DNA of 63,243 nt, counting the filler, from Folioceros fuciformis (taxonomy: Eukaryota), in NCBI GenBank assembly GCA_049999805.1. It is 4 parts of 4 records of this genome, joined end to end, with 100 filler letters (N's around TTAATTAATTAA, not from the genome) between each part and the next. Parts side by side here need not be neighbours in the genome. Positions count along the whole stretch, not along the records: positions 47,552 to 63,243 come from JBNGIO010006236.1; 3 more parts are not named here. One strand, written 5' to 3'. Under the pieces are notes generated by a model. It made no database searches. It saw only the letters and a list, made by a program, of their open reading frames with translations, and was not told the origin of the DNA. The position numbers were made by a program, and so were the translations under genes. Shown one piece after another: positions 61,401 through 63,243 of the stretch. The first letter of the stretch is position 1, and every line of letters begins with the position of its first letter.

Positions 61401-63243
61401 TTCCAAGTTAGATCCTCCCAATTCAAGGGTCTCAGTCCACACATCAGGGCAGGGCGCTTCTTGACGTCACGACTAAGTCTCATCACAGACCTAGTCTTCT
61501 GGAAGTCCAATGCATCATTGTGCTTTTCAAGAGCTCCCAGCCACTGAAATCCTGGTCCAAACGTCGGCACTGCTCGCTCGTCTGCCACTGCCACAGCTCA
61601 GTCACTCTTCTACCTTACCTGAAGCTTCTTCCGTTCCATCGTCTCCCTCCCTCTCGTCTTCCCGTCTGCACAGCGCTGTCCGGACCGGAGCACGTTTCAC
61701 TGATTCCTTACCACGCTCCCGACTCACGTCACATGTGGGCAGCGCACAGTGGACTGTGGGGACATGTGGATGAAGGATTCCCTCTCATCACTATGCCTGC
61801 CACTGGCATGTATGAAGTTGAGGTGTATGTATTTGCCATCGCAGGCACTACGCAATTCCCTAGTTTGCTTTTGCCTGTCTTATCTGAATGAAGTCAGGAA
61901 GGAACGGTCGGTCAAAAATGAGAGGCTCTCCATGCCCTTCTTGCTTTCTTTCATCCTTTCTTCAAACATTTGCATGTGTTGCTCCGGAACACATGCATGC
62001 GTCTTGACCGCTTGCTCTTGAAACCCACACCAATCGTCTTCCTTCACACTGGATATGCACACCAAGAGAGTTCTCCTGGAATTCGTACACTCCAAACCTG
62101 TCGTTCAGGCTTTCCCGCACAGTGGCCTGATATCCTCACACATTCACTGAAAGCACAAACCTACCCGAGTTCGTGGACTCGGACTCGGAACTCGGATAGG
62201 GTACCCCTTTTCCTTCTTTGTTGCTATCAGGCAAAAATGGAAATCACCCACCACCTTCCGCTTCTACCTGCACCACTGTTTTCTACTGCTCCTTATTGCG
62301 TGGAGAAAATGACTGTATCCGTCCACAAGGCAGAGACTTGTGAAGGACCGGTGAAAGAGCTGGAAGAGTCCTACAAAGGTTAAGGACTTAAACAACGATG
62401 GAATAATCGAGAGGGTCGTGATGGGTGGACCTGGTGGAGGGGGCTGGTCGAAAAGGGAGGCGTTCCTGGGCAGCGTGGGCGGCTTCATCAGAGGTGGGCT
62501 GGAACCGGAGGTAAAGGTAATATGGAAGAGGGAAAGTCTATGACCAACTTCCAGGGCAGTGACGCACAGCGAGGGGCCCAGGCGGTAGAGGTCGGGGGCG
62601 GGGACGGGGGCAAGGGTCGGGGTCGGGGCCGGGGCCGGAGGGACATGGACAGGCAGAGACCCCGCCCATGTGGGCCAGCCGTCTAGAGGGAATGGGCGCT
62701 CGCCGCTCGCCGCTCGCCATCCATCCCGCCACAGTGCGGAGGACAGACAGAAGGGGGAGAAAGTAGCCTGATAGCAGCATCGCCGGAGTAGCTGCCCCTT
62801 TGAGCTCAAATAGCGCCACTTCCCTCTTTCTCACCTCACCCGGACTGTTCGGTCCTGTGAACGGGACCCCCTCGGCCTCCGCTGTCAGGCCAGTGTGCCA
62901 TCCTTGCATCTCGCACATATACGCACACGCACGCTCTCAGCGAAACACACCATTCCGGCTTTCTTCAATTGCCTTCCGCAGCTGCCCGCCCCTTCATTCA
63001 TTCGTCTCGGGCGACTGCCCGGGGGAAATTGTGCCTGCCCGGCGCTCTACTTATTGGGGACGTCATGTGGTAGCTTTCTCTGATTGACTCTTCTTTTTGT
63101 GAAGCTTGCTGGGGCCTGGCCTTTCTCACGCACCGCGAGCGAGGTCCCAGTCGCTTCCGGCAATGGCGGACACCGGGGCCAAGGCGGGCGAGCTGGAGGA
63201 TCTCGACACCGGGCTCGTAGATCTGGTTCACCTTCTTCTGCGC

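Noticed and set aside
58496-63243. Many short ORFs, possible miRNA hairpins and a coding-looking stretch at the right edge (AQKKVNQIYEPG..., minus strand)
   Set aside because: I recognised no protein family or conserved mature miRNA. This is most likely the AHA 5' region/intergenic DNA plus perhaps the end of a gene outside the window.

Overview
Land-plant nuclear DNA. It is probably a seed-free lineage, inferred from the short ~80-110 nt introns, a half-tRNA-primed copia and a CRE-like LINE. The window is stitched from contigs: three 100-bp gaps contain an artificial TTAATTAATTAA six-frame-stop linker. Bases 1-13.4 kb are gene-dense: RIO2 kinase (-), CGL160 (+), LSF1 (+), DUF599 (-), ATL RING-H2 (-) and chloroplast lipocalin CHL (+). 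Bases 14-53 kb are a nested retrotransposon block containing a CRE-like RLE LINE fragment, a gypsy gag-protease relic, five copia elements (one with an intact 1330-aa ORF) and three related large solo-LTR-like elements (two complete at 3.7 and 4.1 kb, one truncated). One host gene, CYPRO4/DEM (VID27 family), sits inside this block. A plasma-membrane H+-ATPase lies at 53.5-58.5 kb (-). Four hidden items stand out. (1) A spliced, decayed beta-class DNA N6-adenine/N4-cytosine methyltransferase gene at 29.46-31.3 kb, split by the ORF track into small unrelated-looking pieces. (2) An antisense, intron-containing accessory gene tail-to-tail with pol in one copia, whose C-terminal motif recurs at the equivalent position in a second copia. 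(3) A 3.7-kb solo-LTR-like element carrying its own ~650-codon ORF. (4) An LSF1 whose CX5R loop reads CX5H.
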